Shown here in pieces: positions 22,580 to 32,270 of a stretch of 64,000 nucleotides of DNA. The DNA comes from an uncultured Pseudomonadales bacterium (GTDB lineage: Bacteria > Pseudomonadota > Gammaproteobacteria > Pseudomonadales > UBA7434): NCBI GenBank assembly GCA_943788835.1, contig CALSRU010000001.1:2229-66228 (forward strand), in the 5' to 3' direction. The notes under the pieces were generated by a model that worked only from the letters and a program-made list of their open reading frames with translations, ran no database searches and had not been told where the DNA came from. The translations under genes and the position numbers were made by a program. Numbering within the stretch: position 1 is the stretch's first letter; the number at the start of each line of letters is the position of its first letter.

Positions 22580-23644
22580 ATGCCAATGTCTGATCAAGCC
22601 GACAGCATGAGCGAGCTTGCCGAACTGATAAAGCACTGGGGCAAAGAACTGGGCTTTCAACAAGTTGGTATATGCCGCCCATCACCAGAGCGGCATGCCG
22701 AGTATTATCAACAGTGGTTGGATAATGGCTACCATGGCGAAATGGATTACATGCGCAGCCGAGCTGCACTACGACTGGATCCGCTAGAGCTTCACCCGAA
22801 AACTCGCAGCGTTATTGCGGTACGCATGGACTACTTGCCGCCCGACGTCGACACAGTAAAAATTCTTGACCACCCCACCCGCGCCTATATCTCTCGCTAT
22901 GCGCTTGGCCGTGACTACCATAAAACGCTGCGCAAACGCCTAGCGTTGCTAGCGGACAAAATTAGGGCTCACGCCGGGCCTGCAAGTCAAAGGCCATTTG
23001 TCGATAGCGCCCCCGTGTTGGAGCGCGCTTGCGCCGAGCGCGCAGGCCTAGGCTGGATTGGCAAAAACACTATGCTAATTAACCCTAAAGCCGGCTCTTG
23101 GTTTTTTCTTGGCGAGCTATTTACCGAACTAGAGCTACCTGTCGATCAGCCCCACACCGAAAAACATTGCGGCAGCTGCAAAGCCTGCCTAGACATTTGC
23201 CCCACACAAGCATTTGCGGGACCCTTTGAGTTGGATGCACGCAAATGTATTTCGTATCTAACCATCGAATTAAATGGCGCCATCCCTGAACAATTTCGCA
23301 AAGCAATAGGTAATCGAGTATTTGGCTGCGATGACTGCCAACTGATTTGCCCATGGAATAAATTCGCCAAACCCACCGACGAACAAGATTTCAAGCCTCG
23401 TCATGGACTCGACAGTGCTGAGCTCGCCGATCTATTTATGTGGGATGAGGCAACATTTTCTCGGAACACTCAAGGCTCACCCATTAAGCGGATAGGCTAC
23501 GAGCGGTGGCTGCGTAATTTAGCTATTGGGCTGGGCAACGGCCAGCGCTGCGAGACAACAACGAAAGCCTTGCAGGCGCGGTTGCATTTTTCGCCGCTAG
23601 TGCATGAACATGTGCAGTGGGCGCTAAAACAATTAAGCGCATAA
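22580..23644 (+). CDS. queG: Epoxyqueuosine reductase
   Basis: 354 aa with the Fe-S motifs CGSCKACLDICPTQAF and GCDDCQLICPWNKF. Confidence 0.92.
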   Translation: MPMSDQADSMSELAELIKHWGKELGFQQVGICRPSPERHAEYYQQWLDNGYHGEMDYMRSRAALRLDPLELHPKTRSVIAVRMDYLPPDVDTVKILDHPTRAYISRYALGRDYHKTLRKRLALLADKIRAHAGPASQRPFVDSAPVLERACAERAGLGWIGKNTMLINPKAGSWFFLGELFTELELPVDQPHTEKHCGSCKACLDICPTQAFAGPFELDARKCISYLTIELNGAIPEQFRKAIGNRVFGCDDCQLICPWNKFAKPTDEQDFKPRHGLDSAELADLFMWDEATFSRNTQGSPIKRIGYERWLRNLAIGLGNGQRCETTTKALQARLHFSPLVHEHVQWALKQLSA

Positions 23645-23653
23645 ATAAAAAGC

Positions 23654-24898
23654 CTATGCCGATGCCGATGCCGATGCCGATGCCGATGCCAATAATAATG
23701 GCCGATCAGCGCCATGTTGTAGTGCCGCACCGCAGGCATAAGCGTCTGCACTGGCGCGATAATCGCCTTGAGCCGAGTACACACTTGCAAGCTCGGCATA
23801 GGTTACAGCCTGCTTTTGCAAGGCAAGACTTTGCAACAGGTATTCCTGCGCCTGATCTAACCTATCTAAACGCTTACAAATACGCGCCAATGCTATTAAC
23901 AAGACTGGATCGTTGGCCTGTGTTATCAGTAATTTTTTAGCATAAGCTAACTGCTTGTTTGGCTTTTCAGCCAGAGCGCGCCCATAAATTTCAATAAGAC
24001 TAGAGTCATAATCGCGATGCAACTGATGGCGCAATAGCGACTCAGCTTCGACCAAGTATTCCAGCTTGATGAGTTGGCCTGCATAATCAGCAACAATGAC
24101 CGCACGTTTTTTCAATGCCGAAGGCAGCTGTTTCCAACCGCTAGTTAAGCCTTCATAACCGCCTTTATTACAGGCTGACGCAAGCAACTCATGGCAAGCT
24201 AAGCGCTCGAGATCGGCGACTTCAGCATCGTTAAACACCTTGCCATGCGCCTGATAGATACTTGGCAAAAGAGCGATTAAGCTGGACCAATCGTTAAGCT
24301 CGCTATAAACACGCGCGAGCAATTTAAGAACAACGGAGTGATTGCTAGCGCGCTTTTTTACACGCAATAGAGTAGCCAAGGCCTGCTCATATTGACGGCT
24401 CTGTATTTGCAATTCGGCTTGAGTGAGGCCAATCGCCACATCCGCGCCTTGAGTTGAAAGTTCGGCTTGCTTTAAAAAATGATCGACCGCTTTAGTATCA
24501 CCTAACGCCGAGCTGGCTCTTGCCGCAAAGAGGTAATTGATCAAGGGGGTAGAGGAATCGTCGGCTGCTTTAGCCAGCGAACGACGGGAAAAATCCCAAC
24601 GCCCCTCAACAAAAGCGATTAGTCCTTGCGTGGTTCGGCTGAGCCCTTTTTGCTGCCGCTGCCGCATCGCCCAACCCACTACACTGCGCCGAGTATCTAA
24701 CAACAACCGCAGTATGCCTATGGTGAGGTAAAAGAAAACACACAGTGTGAGCACCAGCAACAAACCCACCAAAAACGGCATCTCGACGGTATAACCTGCC
24801 AGTGCGACCAGCACATAACCATCACCATTTTCAAGTAAAGTAAAGCTCGCCACCATAGCGAGCAACGTCACGACAAAAACAACAAAGAGACTTCTCAT
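23654..24898 (-). CDS. hemY: HemY-family TPR membrane protein (heme biosynthesis-associated)
   Basis: 414 aa with two N-terminal TM helices and TPR-like repeats. Last gene of the hemC-hemD-hemX-hemY order. Its ATG overlaps the hemX stop (ATGA). Confidence 0.85.
   Translation of the reverse strand: MRSLFVVFVVTLLAMVASFTLLENGDGYVLVALAGYTVEMPFLVGLLLVLTLCVFFYLTIGILRLLLDTRRSVVGWAMRQRQQKGLSRTTQGLIAFVEGRWDFSRRSLAKAADDSSTPLINYLFAARASSALGDTKAVDHFLKQAELSTQGADVAIGLTQAELQIQSRQYEQALATLLRVKKRASNHSVVLKLLARVYSELNDWSSLIALLPSIYQAHGKVFNDAEVADLERLACHELLASACNKGGYEGLTSGWKQLPSALKKRAVIVADYAGQLIKLEYLVEAESLLRHQLHRDYDSSLIEIYGRALAEKPNKQLAYAKKLLITQANDPVLLIALARICKRLDRLDQAQEYLLQSLALQKQAVTYAELASVYSAQGDYRASADAYACGAALQHGADRPLLLASASASASASA
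23656..23691. repeat. Hexanucleotide microsatellite (ATGCCG)x5 plus one imperfect unit
   Basis: Read directly: five perfect units at 23656-23685, then ATGCCA. It encodes the (Ala-Ser)n C-terminal tail of HemY on the minus strand. Confidence 0.95.
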
Positions 24899-26160
24899 GG
24901 TGCTTCGCCTGAGCCTTGATTAAGTCGATCCTGCTCGGCAATAAAGGCGTTAATTGCCGTTAATGAATCACTCACATCAGGATAATCGGCGGTTACTGAT
25001 AGGGCAGCTAATGCAGTCAGTTCAGAGGCCATTTGTTGATTGGCCGCTTGCTCTAACGGAAAATAAGTTTCGAGCAGGCCCACAGCCTCAATTAGGCTTT
25101 CTCGATAAGGTATCGCGCGTCCGTCAAGTAAAGCAAGCTGCGCCTGGTTAATAAGAAGGCGTAAGTTGTTGCGTAAATAGTATTGTTGTTCGGGTGGCAG
25201 TAGCGGTTTAATATCTGAGCCACGTTGCTGAATCACAACCAAACTTTTCATTTCAGCCCATGTTGATTGAGCGATCTCCCGCAGCCGCGCAATCCAAGAC
25301 TCCGTCAGGCTTACTGGCACGGCAGGCTCGCTTGCACCAGGGAAAACATGGGTAGTTGATGCCGGCTGCGCAGTGAATTCTGGAACTCGCAGCAGTAGCA
25401 GTTTATCAATCTGTCGAGCCTGCGCTGCTAATTTTAAAAATACACCGTCGAGATCAAGCGCACCCACCATAGCAATCGCTGCAGTATCATTAGCGATAGC
25501 TTCGCGTAGAGTGAACAGCTGGGGATTACCAAGCTCCAGTACTATCTGATCGGCAGCTTGCAAAAGATTCAATGCCGTTTGAGCATCTTTAGAAATGAGG
25601 ATGCGCTGGTTAGCCAAACGTAATAAATATTCAACTTCGGCAAGCCGCCAGTCATCGGTGGTTGTGGCCGTTAATGATAATAATCGGCGTGTATGCCCAT
25701 CAAGAACGGCATTAGCGTCATTCAAAGCCTGCTGTAGTTTAGTCTCGGCTTGAGTGCGGGCATTACGCTCGGCAGCAACACTATTTTTTGCGTCATCTAA
25801 CGCCCGTTGAAATGTCTGAATGTGCTCATAATTAGTCTCAGCCATTACGCTCAAAGAGCGATCGCGCTCTTGCTGGTGCATCAACATCCAACCAAGATAA
25901 GCTGAGCAACTGACTGCAGCCAAAGCAAAAATTAACGCCAGGCTCGCCAGCATGCGACCAGCGCCGGTCTTACTAGCGCTAGAACTAACATCTTTAGTCT
26001 GCCGCGAACTATTATCATCGCTGTTAAGCGACTCACTCTTCACAACTGTCTCACGCTCATTGGCAATATTGGCTTCTGCATCCTCAACACCAGCACCGCG
26101 CTCGCCTTGAATGGGCGCAGGTTCTTGGCTGGAAGACTGGTCATCTTTGCTATTAGTCAT
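24895..26160 (-). CDS. hemX: HemX-family membrane protein (annotated uroporphyrinogen-III C-methyltransferase-like)
   Basis: 421 aa with an acidic/Ser-rich N-terminus, one TM helix and a coiled-coil region. Lies between hemD and hemY. Confidence 0.8.
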   Translation of the reverse strand: MTNSKDDQSSSQEPAPIQGERGAGVEDAEANIANERETVVKSESLNSDDNSSRQTKDVSSSASKTGAGRMLASLALIFALAAVSCSAYLGWMLMHQQERDRSLSVMAETNYEHIQTFQRALDDAKNSVAAERNARTQAETKLQQALNDANAVLDGHTRRLLSLTATTTDDWRLAEVEYLLRLANQRILISKDAQTALNLLQAADQIVLELGNPQLFTLREAIANDTAAIAMVGALDLDGVFLKLAAQARQIDKLLLLRVPEFTAQPASTTHVFPGASEPAVPVSLTESWIARLREIAQSTWAEMKSLVVIQQRGSDIKPLLPPEQQYYLRNNLRLLINQAQLALLDGRAIPYRESLIEAVGLLETYFPLEQAANQQMASELTALAALSVTADYPDVSDSLTAINAFIAEQDRLNQGSGEAP

Positions 26161-26301
26161 AAGTTAGGCGCATTCAGGTTGAGTTTATTCCATCCCATGG
26201 GGCCAGCATAAAGCCGCATCGTTGCGCTAGGCCTATAAGCATAAGCATTGCGGCACTCATTACGGCACGTCGGCCACTCACAGTTTACAACGTCTTGTAT
26301 A

Positions 26302-27174
26302 CTACAACGACCTGAGCGCATGTAAAAATGCATCTTGCGAAGCATTTCCAGCAACGTGGACGCTACGCAAACCCACTTGGCGCGCTTGCTCAGCGACACG
26401 CTCCGTCGGCACAATGGCCAGCACATCTTGTATCGCCGTCTGGCACTGACTTTGCTGAGCATACCAACAAAAATTAGTAACCGTTTCAGCACTGGCGAAC
26501 AACATAACCCGTTCGACCTCAGTCAGCGCCGTCCCAATGTGCCGCTCGGGGTTAAGCGTGCGTGACGGAGATGCGGTTGGCAGACTTAAAAACTGATCGA
26601 TTATTGTGCGGAATTGAGCCTTACTGTAGCTAGGCCGCACTCGACGATAAGTTTCAATACGGGTCACTTTAGCGGCACGAGCCACGAGAGCATGCTCGAT
26701 GAATTGTCGGCCATCGATACCGCAAAACAAGTAGATATGGCGTCCAGCTAACGACATGCCCTCTAATCGCTCCAGCAAAGCCTCGCTATCGTGGGGCGGC
26801 GACCCATCGCCTGAAGTCGGAGCAGACGCATCAAGTAATGGCCAACCCTGGTCTGCAATCGCGGCGGTAGTCGCTGGACCAATCGCTATGCACTTGAGCT
26901 GATTCGGCCACGGTATGCTCGCATCGGCCAACACCGATGCGGCACAACTCACCGCATTAGTGCTGACAAAAATGGCTAGGTCAATATGATTCAAATCATG
27001 CAGCAGTGAAACCAACGGTCTCAACTTATGAGGCTCTGATTGACAAGCAATCTCCAACATAGGTAACTGAACCGCTGCCCAGCCGTCGCCCTCAATTGCT
27101 CTGACTAATGGCTCTGCCTGAAGGCTCGGGCGTGTCACCAAGACACGCCGCGCTCTGGCCAACGAAAGGCTCAC
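26302..27174 (-). CDS. hemD: Uroporphyrinogen-III synthase
   Basis: 290 aa. Called mainly from its position (4-nt overlap with hemC) and HemD-like two-lobe repeat content. Sequence family conservation is weak. Confidence 0.82.
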   Translation of the reverse strand: MSLSLARARRVLVTRPSLQAEPLVRAIEGDGWAAVQLPMLEIACQSEPHKLRPLVSLLHDLNHIDLAIFVSTNAVSCAASVLADASIPWPNQLKCIAIGPATTAAIADQGWPLLDASAPTSGDGSPPHDSEALLERLEGMSLAGRHIYLFCGIDGRQFIEHALVARAAKVTRIETYRRVRPSYSKAQFRTIIDQFLSLPTASPSRTLNPERHIGTALTEVERVMLFASAETVTNFCWYAQQSQCQTAIQDVLAIVPTERVAEQARQVGLRSVHVAGNASQDAFLHALRSL

Positions 27175-28178
27175 TCGCGAGCCTCTGCCAGCAGCTCGCT
27201 GGCACCCGCCGCCACGAGCTGTTCGGCCACCGATACACCCAGCGCATCGGCCAGCCTTATCTGATCTGACAAGTTGTCGCCACCAACATTGAGACCAGTT
27301 TTGCCACTTGCAGTTAGTAAGCGCTTGCCATCAACCGAACCCACTCGACCCTCAAGAGTCAAATGAGAAGCCGATAGTTGTGCAAATGCCGCTATGGGAA
27401 CTTGGCAGCCACCTTGCAAATGACGGTTAAGTGCCCGCTCAGCAAGCACGCAAAGCGTGGTCGAACGGTCTTGCAGGCAAGCAAACTTTGCCTGCGTAGC
27501 CAGGTCATTGCTGCGATATTCGATTGATAAGGCACCTTGAGCCACCGCTGGCAACATCAACTCCACCGGAAACAATCCACTGATGCGAGAAGCAAATCCC
27601 AGCCGCTGTAAGCCTGCAGCAGCCAATACAATGGCGTCATACTGCCCGCCATCAAGCTTGGCCAGCCGAGTGTTGACGTTGCCACGCAAGTCGCGACAAT
27701 CAAGGTCTGGCCGAGCATGCTTCAGCTGACTTAGGCGCCGTAAACTAGAGGTTCCTACAATCGCCCCAGGAGGCAGCTGATCAATACAGGATCCTTGCAT
27801 GGACAGGGCGCCGCTAGGCGGCGTTGAATCTGAACTTGGCAAAACCAATGCATCACGAGGCTCAGCCCTGGGTCCACAAATAAATAACTCCAAGCCATCA
27901 GGAAGCAATGCCGGCATATCTTTAGTTGAGTGAACCGCAATATCAGCTCGTCCATCGAGCAAGGCCACTTCCAACTCTTTAACAAACAAACCTTTGCCGC
28001 CCACCTTGGCTAGCGGTGAATCAAGGATTTGATCGCCCTTCGTCGTCATGCCTAGCAGCTCGACCTGCAAATTGGGCCAACGCTCAATTAAACGTTCGCG
28101 CACAAATTCAGCCTGCCACATCGCTAATGGACTTTCGCGGGTGGCGATGGTTAACGGGTTGCGGGTAGGCTCAGTCAC
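27171..28178 (-). CDS. hemC: Porphobilinogen deaminase (hydroxymethylbilane synthase)
   Basis: 335 aa. Has IATRESPLAMWQAEFV, GKGLFVKELE and GTSSLRR. Confidence 0.95.
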   Translation of the reverse strand: MTEPTRNPLTIATRESPLAMWQAEFVRERLIERWPNLQVELLGMTTKGDQILDSPLAKVGGKGLFVKELEVALLDGRADIAVHSTKDMPALLPDGLELFICGPRAEPRDALVLPSSDSTPPSGALSMQGSCIDQLPPGAIVGTSSLRRLSQLKHARPDLDCRDLRGNVNTRLAKLDGGQYDAIVLAAAGLQRLGFASRISGLFPVELMLPAVAQGALSIEYRSNDLATQAKFACLQDRSTTLCVLAERALNRHLQGGCQVPIAAFAQLSASHLTLEGRVGSVDGKRLLTASGKTGLNVGGDNLSDQIRLADALGVSVAEQLVAAGASELLAEARE

Positions 28179-28408
28179 TATTGGATCATTCCTGTAAGCT
28201 AGGCACCGATGAGTTTATCCAGCTACGGTAGCGCTTGCTGGTAAAAGCCGCATCATAGAATAAGCTTGTCTAAAAGTCGTGATTCGATCGGAAAAACTTG
28301 CCAAGTACCCATCCGTTAGATCCATCATCGAGTAGGCCCCGCAGCGCATGCAACGAATGATTGTTGATACTTGCATTGATTGACCGCCCTGCACTGCAAC
28401 ACCGGACC

Positions 28409-29239
28409 TCATTTAGCACGCAAGACCCGTCTAATTTCAGCGACATGGCGCCGCGATACCAACGGCATGATTTCAACGCCAGACAGTCGAACCTGCCATT
28501 GCAGCGATGTTTTTGACAGCCTACCAGTGGCCAACACGGCAGTGCCAGTGCGAGGCTCCACCACCTTCTCCAAACCAATTAAATGGGGGATAGCCACTAG
28601 AGCATTGCGATGCACCCGTACAAAATAATCGGCGTACTCAGTCTCTAGGCTACGCAAGCTTTGATCAAGAATAATTTCTCGGCCTTCTATATAGGCGCTG
28701 ACATATTTACTATCGGCCATCAATACACGAATATCCGTTAGCTTGATCCGCTCTTCACCGCGTGATGTTTTAACTGTCAAAAAAGCATCGGCTAAGTTGC
28801 GCGGCGCGGCGGCGTCCAATGCCAACGCAGTATCATGTAAAGTGGCAAACTGCACGCGATTGACGACACCTGCCCTGGCCAAAGCGCGCACCAAATGATC
28901 TTGCTTGATAGGCTTGAGCAAGTAATCAATGGCATTGGCTTCAAATGCTGATAGCGCATGTTCATCATAAGCTGTACAGAAAATTACCGCCGGAGGTCGT
29001 TCGAGCGAAGTCAGCGCGCGCGCAGCCTGCAAACCATCAATACCCGGCATCCGGATATCCATTAAGACAATATCCGGCCGATGTTCTTCACAAGCTTGTA
29101 ATGCTTGGTCGCCATTGCCAGCCACCGCAATCACGGTATACCCGGCTAGATCTTCAACCATAGCTTGCAGGCGCAAGCGAGCCGGAGGCTCATCATCGAC
29201 CACTAGCACCCGAGCAAGTTGTGCGCGCGACTTAACCAT
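28409..29239 (-). CDS. algR: LytTR-family response regulator AlgR
   Basis: REC domain (VLVVDDEPPARLRL, DIVLMDIRMPGIDG) plus a C-terminal LytTR domain. Matches the Pseudomonas-type order argH / algZ-algR-hemC. Confidence 0.88.
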   Translation of the reverse strand: MVKSRAQLARVLVVDDEPPARLRLQAMVEDLAGYTVIAVAGNGDQALQACEEHRPDIVLMDIRMPGIDGLQAARALTSLERPPAVIFCTAYDEHALSAFEANAIDYLLKPIKQDHLVRALARAGVVNRVQFATLHDTALALDAAAPRNLADAFLTVKTSRGEERIKLTDIRVLMADSKYVSAYIEGREIILDQSLRSLETEYADYFVRVHRNALVAIPHLIGLEKVVEPRTGTAVLATGRLSKTSLQWQVRLSGVEIMPLVSRRHVAEIRRVLRAK

Positions 29240-29305
29240 TACCAGTCAGCCGGGCCGTGTGATTGGCCTCAGCAGGGCCTAGTGTTGTTGCCATAGTCAC
29301 CACAA

Positions 29306-30388
29306 TTAATCAGCGTGTAAGGGAATCGATAGCGTGGCAATGAATTCATGCTCGCTTTGGGTTAGATCAAGGCTCGACATATTGCGCCCAGAAGCCGAAT
29401 CGCGGAACAAGCTCGCTAGGCGTGCGCGAATATTATCTAGCGCCACGCCATTGTGTTGGGCATCCTGCCGGCTCGACTCACTATTTTTATGCATGCCAAC
29501 CAGCTCATGCGGAACACGTGGGTTCGTAACGGTAAACAAAACCACGTCGTTATTTCTGTGCGCTGCCACTCGCACTACCCCACCTTCCGGCAGTTTCTCA
29601 ATACCATGATAAATGGCGTTTTCAAGCAGCGGCTGTAGTACCAATGGTGGCAACATCAGTTCACTCGGGACATCGGCAACCTCCCAGCGCAGTTGCAAAC
29701 GCTCGCCCATACGCAATTGCTCGATACGCGCATAGGCCTGGCAAATCTCTAGCTCTTGCTGCCAATCGCCCAGCAACTGGCGACTCGACAAAGTAGCCCG
29801 CATGAGTGCCGCTAAATCCTCAACCGCCTTCTCGGCCTGGGTTGGCGCAAAACGAATTAAGCTGGCGATCGTGTTCATGCTGTTAAACAAAAAGTGGGGA
29901 CGTATCCTTGCGTGCAAGGCATCCAACTTGGCGCTATTGGTAGCGCTTTGCTCCAGCAACCATTGCTGCTGAATATACAAATAGCGCAGGGCAATAGCAG
30001 CAATCACAGCAATAATCAGCACATCGCGGAATAACCATTGGGCGGACCATCCGTCCCAGCTAAGCCCATAATAAACCCACTGCGCCAGCCCATTTGTGGT
30101 CATCACAACCAACAAAATAATCGCAAAGCTAGCTAAAATTGCGTGGGGCATTGCCAGACGATTAATCAAATAGCGCAAGTTGCATAACCCGGCAAGCGAC
30201 AACATGCCTATCCACTGCGCGTATGGTGATAATAGCGATAGCAACTCCCAATCGAACTGCGCCATTGTGCCGAGGCTCAGCACATAAATGATAACCAATA
30301 GCTGAGTAACCGCCAGTATCGATAACACGACAGGCAGCCGGCACAAATCGGGTATCAGTGGGTGGGGCTGTTCGATTGGCAAGCTCAT
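29306..30388 (-). CDS. algZ: LytS/YehU-type sensor histidine kinase AlgZ (FimS)
   Basis: 360 aa with multiple N-terminal TM helices, the His_kinase motif RPHFLFNSMNTIASLI and an HATPase region LVLQPLLENAIYHG. Confidence 0.82.
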   Translation of the reverse strand: MSLPIEQPHPLIPDLCRLPVVLSILAVTQLLVIIYVLSLGTMAQFDWELLSLLSPYAQWIGMLSLAGLCNLRYLINRLAMPHAILASFAIILLVVMTTNGLAQWVYYGLSWDGWSAQWLFRDVLIIAVIAAIALRYLYIQQQWLLEQSATNSAKLDALHARIRPHFLFNSMNTIASLIRFAPTQAEKAVEDLAALMRATLSSRQLLGDWQQELEICQAYARIEQLRMGERLQLRWEVADVPSELMLPPLVLQPLLENAIYHGIEKLPEGGVVRVAAHRNNDVVLFTVTNPRVPHELVGMHKNSESSRQDAQHNGVALDNIRARLASLFRDSASGRNMSSLDLTQSEHEFIATLSIPLHAD

Positions 30389-30698
30389 AATGTAGTGAGG
30401 ATACTATTAAAACCTTGAGTATATGGAAAAAACTGACCGCTATGCTCAGCAAGTATTGATAATGACCACTGCGCGCTCGATGAAAAATTAGGCCCGGTAC
30501 CGGTAAATTGATCCACCACCTCGGTCCAGCCGCTTTAGTATCTTTAAAGATGACTGATTTAAGTGTAGCGATAATACGAAATGGCGGTAATCTGTTGGGC
30601 GACGATACCATCGCCGTAGTTCACACATTTTCAATCAGATATACTAATGGCCGAAAAATAGCCGTAACTCACCTATTGGATACCTACTCAAGCACCTC

Positions 30699-32123
30699 AT
30701 GAATAAAAAAAACGACCCGCCAACATCCTCGTCCGCGCCAGCCAATAGCTCACTATGGGGTGGCCGCTTTCAAGAACCCACCGATGCATTTGTCGAACGT
30801 TTTAATGCCTCTGTGAGTTTCGACCAGCGACTCTATCCGCAAGATATTAATGGCTCTATTGCGCATGCTGAAATGCTCGCCGCGACAAACGTTTTAACAG
30901 ATGAAGAGGCTTTGCAAATTACCACAGGGCTGCTTGCCATTAAAGCTGACATAGAAACTGGCGATTTCATTTGGCTGCAAGCACGCGAAGATGTCCATAT
31001 GAACATAGAGGCAGCCCTGACGGAAAAAATTGGCGATGTTGGCAAAAAACTGCACACAGGGCGCAGCCGTAACGATCAGGTGGCAACCGATATCAGGCTC
31101 TACATGCGTGATGCAATTGATGCAATTAACGTGAAATTACATAGGCTCCAAGCCGGTATTATCGAACTTGCCAAAAATGAAGCTGCTACCATCATGCCTG
31201 GATTCACACACTTACAAATTGCCCAACCGGTTACTTTTGGACACCACCTACTGGCCTGGAATGAAATGCTTGAGCGTGACTATACCCGTCTATGCGATTG
31301 CCGAGCGCGACTCAACGTTTGTCCTTTAGGCGCAGCGGCTCTAGCGGGCACAACATTTCCTATCGACCGAGAGCTTACTGCCAAAAAACTTGGCTTTAAT
31401 TGCCCATCGAATAATTCGTTAGATTCCGTCAGCGACCGTGACTTTGCCATTGAATTTAGCGCATGCGCCAGCATTATCATGATGCATCTTTCACGCTTTG
31501 CCGAAGAAATGATACTGTGGACTTCAAGTCAGTTTGACTTTATTGAGTTGCCCGATCGCTTTTGCACAGGCTCATCGATCATGCCGCAAAAGAAAAACCC
31601 CGATGTGCCAGAGCTCGTGCGCGGTAAAACGGGACGTGTCTATGGCCACTTAATGGGGCTGCTAACACTAATGAAATCGCAGCCACTGGCCTACAACAAA
31701 GATAATCAAGAAGATAAAGAGCCTTTATTTGATTCAGTCGACACCCTGCTCGACTGCCTGCAGGCCTACGCAGATATGGTTCCAGCCATTTTAGCCAAGC
31801 GCGACAATATGCGTGCAGCAGCAGCGAAAGGTTTTGCCACAGCAACTGATTTGGCTGATTACTTAGTGCGCAAAGGCGTCGCTTTTCGCGATTCTCATGC
31901 CATTGTAGGGCAAGCGGTGGCGCAGTGCGTAGCACGTGACATCGACCTGCCTGAGCTCAGCCTCCATGAGCTGCAAACGCTGTGCCCCGCTATCGAAGAT
32001 GATGTTTTCGGCGTGCTTACGCTTGACGGATCGGTAGCTGCTCGCGATCATCATGGCGGCACAGCACCCAAGCGCGTACTTGAGGCGGCCAACAAAGCTC
32101 ACCAAAATCTGTCGGCCCGATAA
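30699..32123 (+). CDS. argH: Argininosuccinate lyase
   Basis: 474 aa with the signature [20 protein letters not shown]. Confidence 0.96.
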   Translation: MNKKNDPPTSSSAPANSSLWGGRFQEPTDAFVERFNASVSFDQRLYPQDINGSIAHAEMLAATNVLTDEEALQITTGLLAIKADIETGDFIWLQAREDVHMNIEAALTEKIGDVGKKLHTGRSRNDQVATDIRLYMRDAIDAINVKLHRLQAGIIELAKNEAATIMPGFTHLQIAQPVTFGHHLLAWNEMLERDYTRLCDCRARLNVCPLGAAALAGTTFPIDRELTAKKLGFNCPSNNSLDSVSDRDFAIEFSACASIIMMHLSRFAEEMILWTSSQFDFIELPDRFCTGSSIMPQKKNPDVPELVRGKTGRVYGHLMGLLTLMKSQPLAYNKDNQEDKEPLFDSVDTLLDCLQAYADMVPAILAKRDNMRAAAAKGFATATDLADYLVRKGVAFRDSHAIVGQAVAQCVARDIDLPELSLHELQTLCPAIEDDVFGVLTLDGSVAARDHHGGTAPKRVLEAANKAHQNLSAR

Positions 32124-32270
32124 AACAACCGGTATCTGCGCAGCCATCTAAATGCGCTCGTATGAACCAGACGGGCTGGCTGCATCCAGCCCACTCTTAG
32201 GCACCTTTATTTGGCAAAATTATAGCTCTCCGAGCAAGCGATAAGAGGCGTCGCTGACTATACTCAAGGA

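Noticed and set aside
23617-23940. 107-aa plus-strand ORF with a (Pro-Met)n repeat
   Set aside because: It is the antisense shadow of the hemY 3' end and the hexanucleotide repeat. hemY on the opposite strand has clear family features and operon context. This ORF has no SD and a nonsense-like composition.
26157-26492. 111-aa Cys/Arg-rich minus-strand ORF overlapping the hemD 3' end
   Set aside because: It is out of frame with hemD over most of its length, has no SD, and has the composition of an off-frame artefact. It bridges the hemD-hemX gap only by chance.
32173-32192. Hairpin GGGCTGG-CTGCAT-CCAGCCC after argH as a terminator
   Set aside because: It has a 7-bp stem but is not followed by a T-run. 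It is too weak to call, and cyaA may be co-transcribed or have its own promoter.
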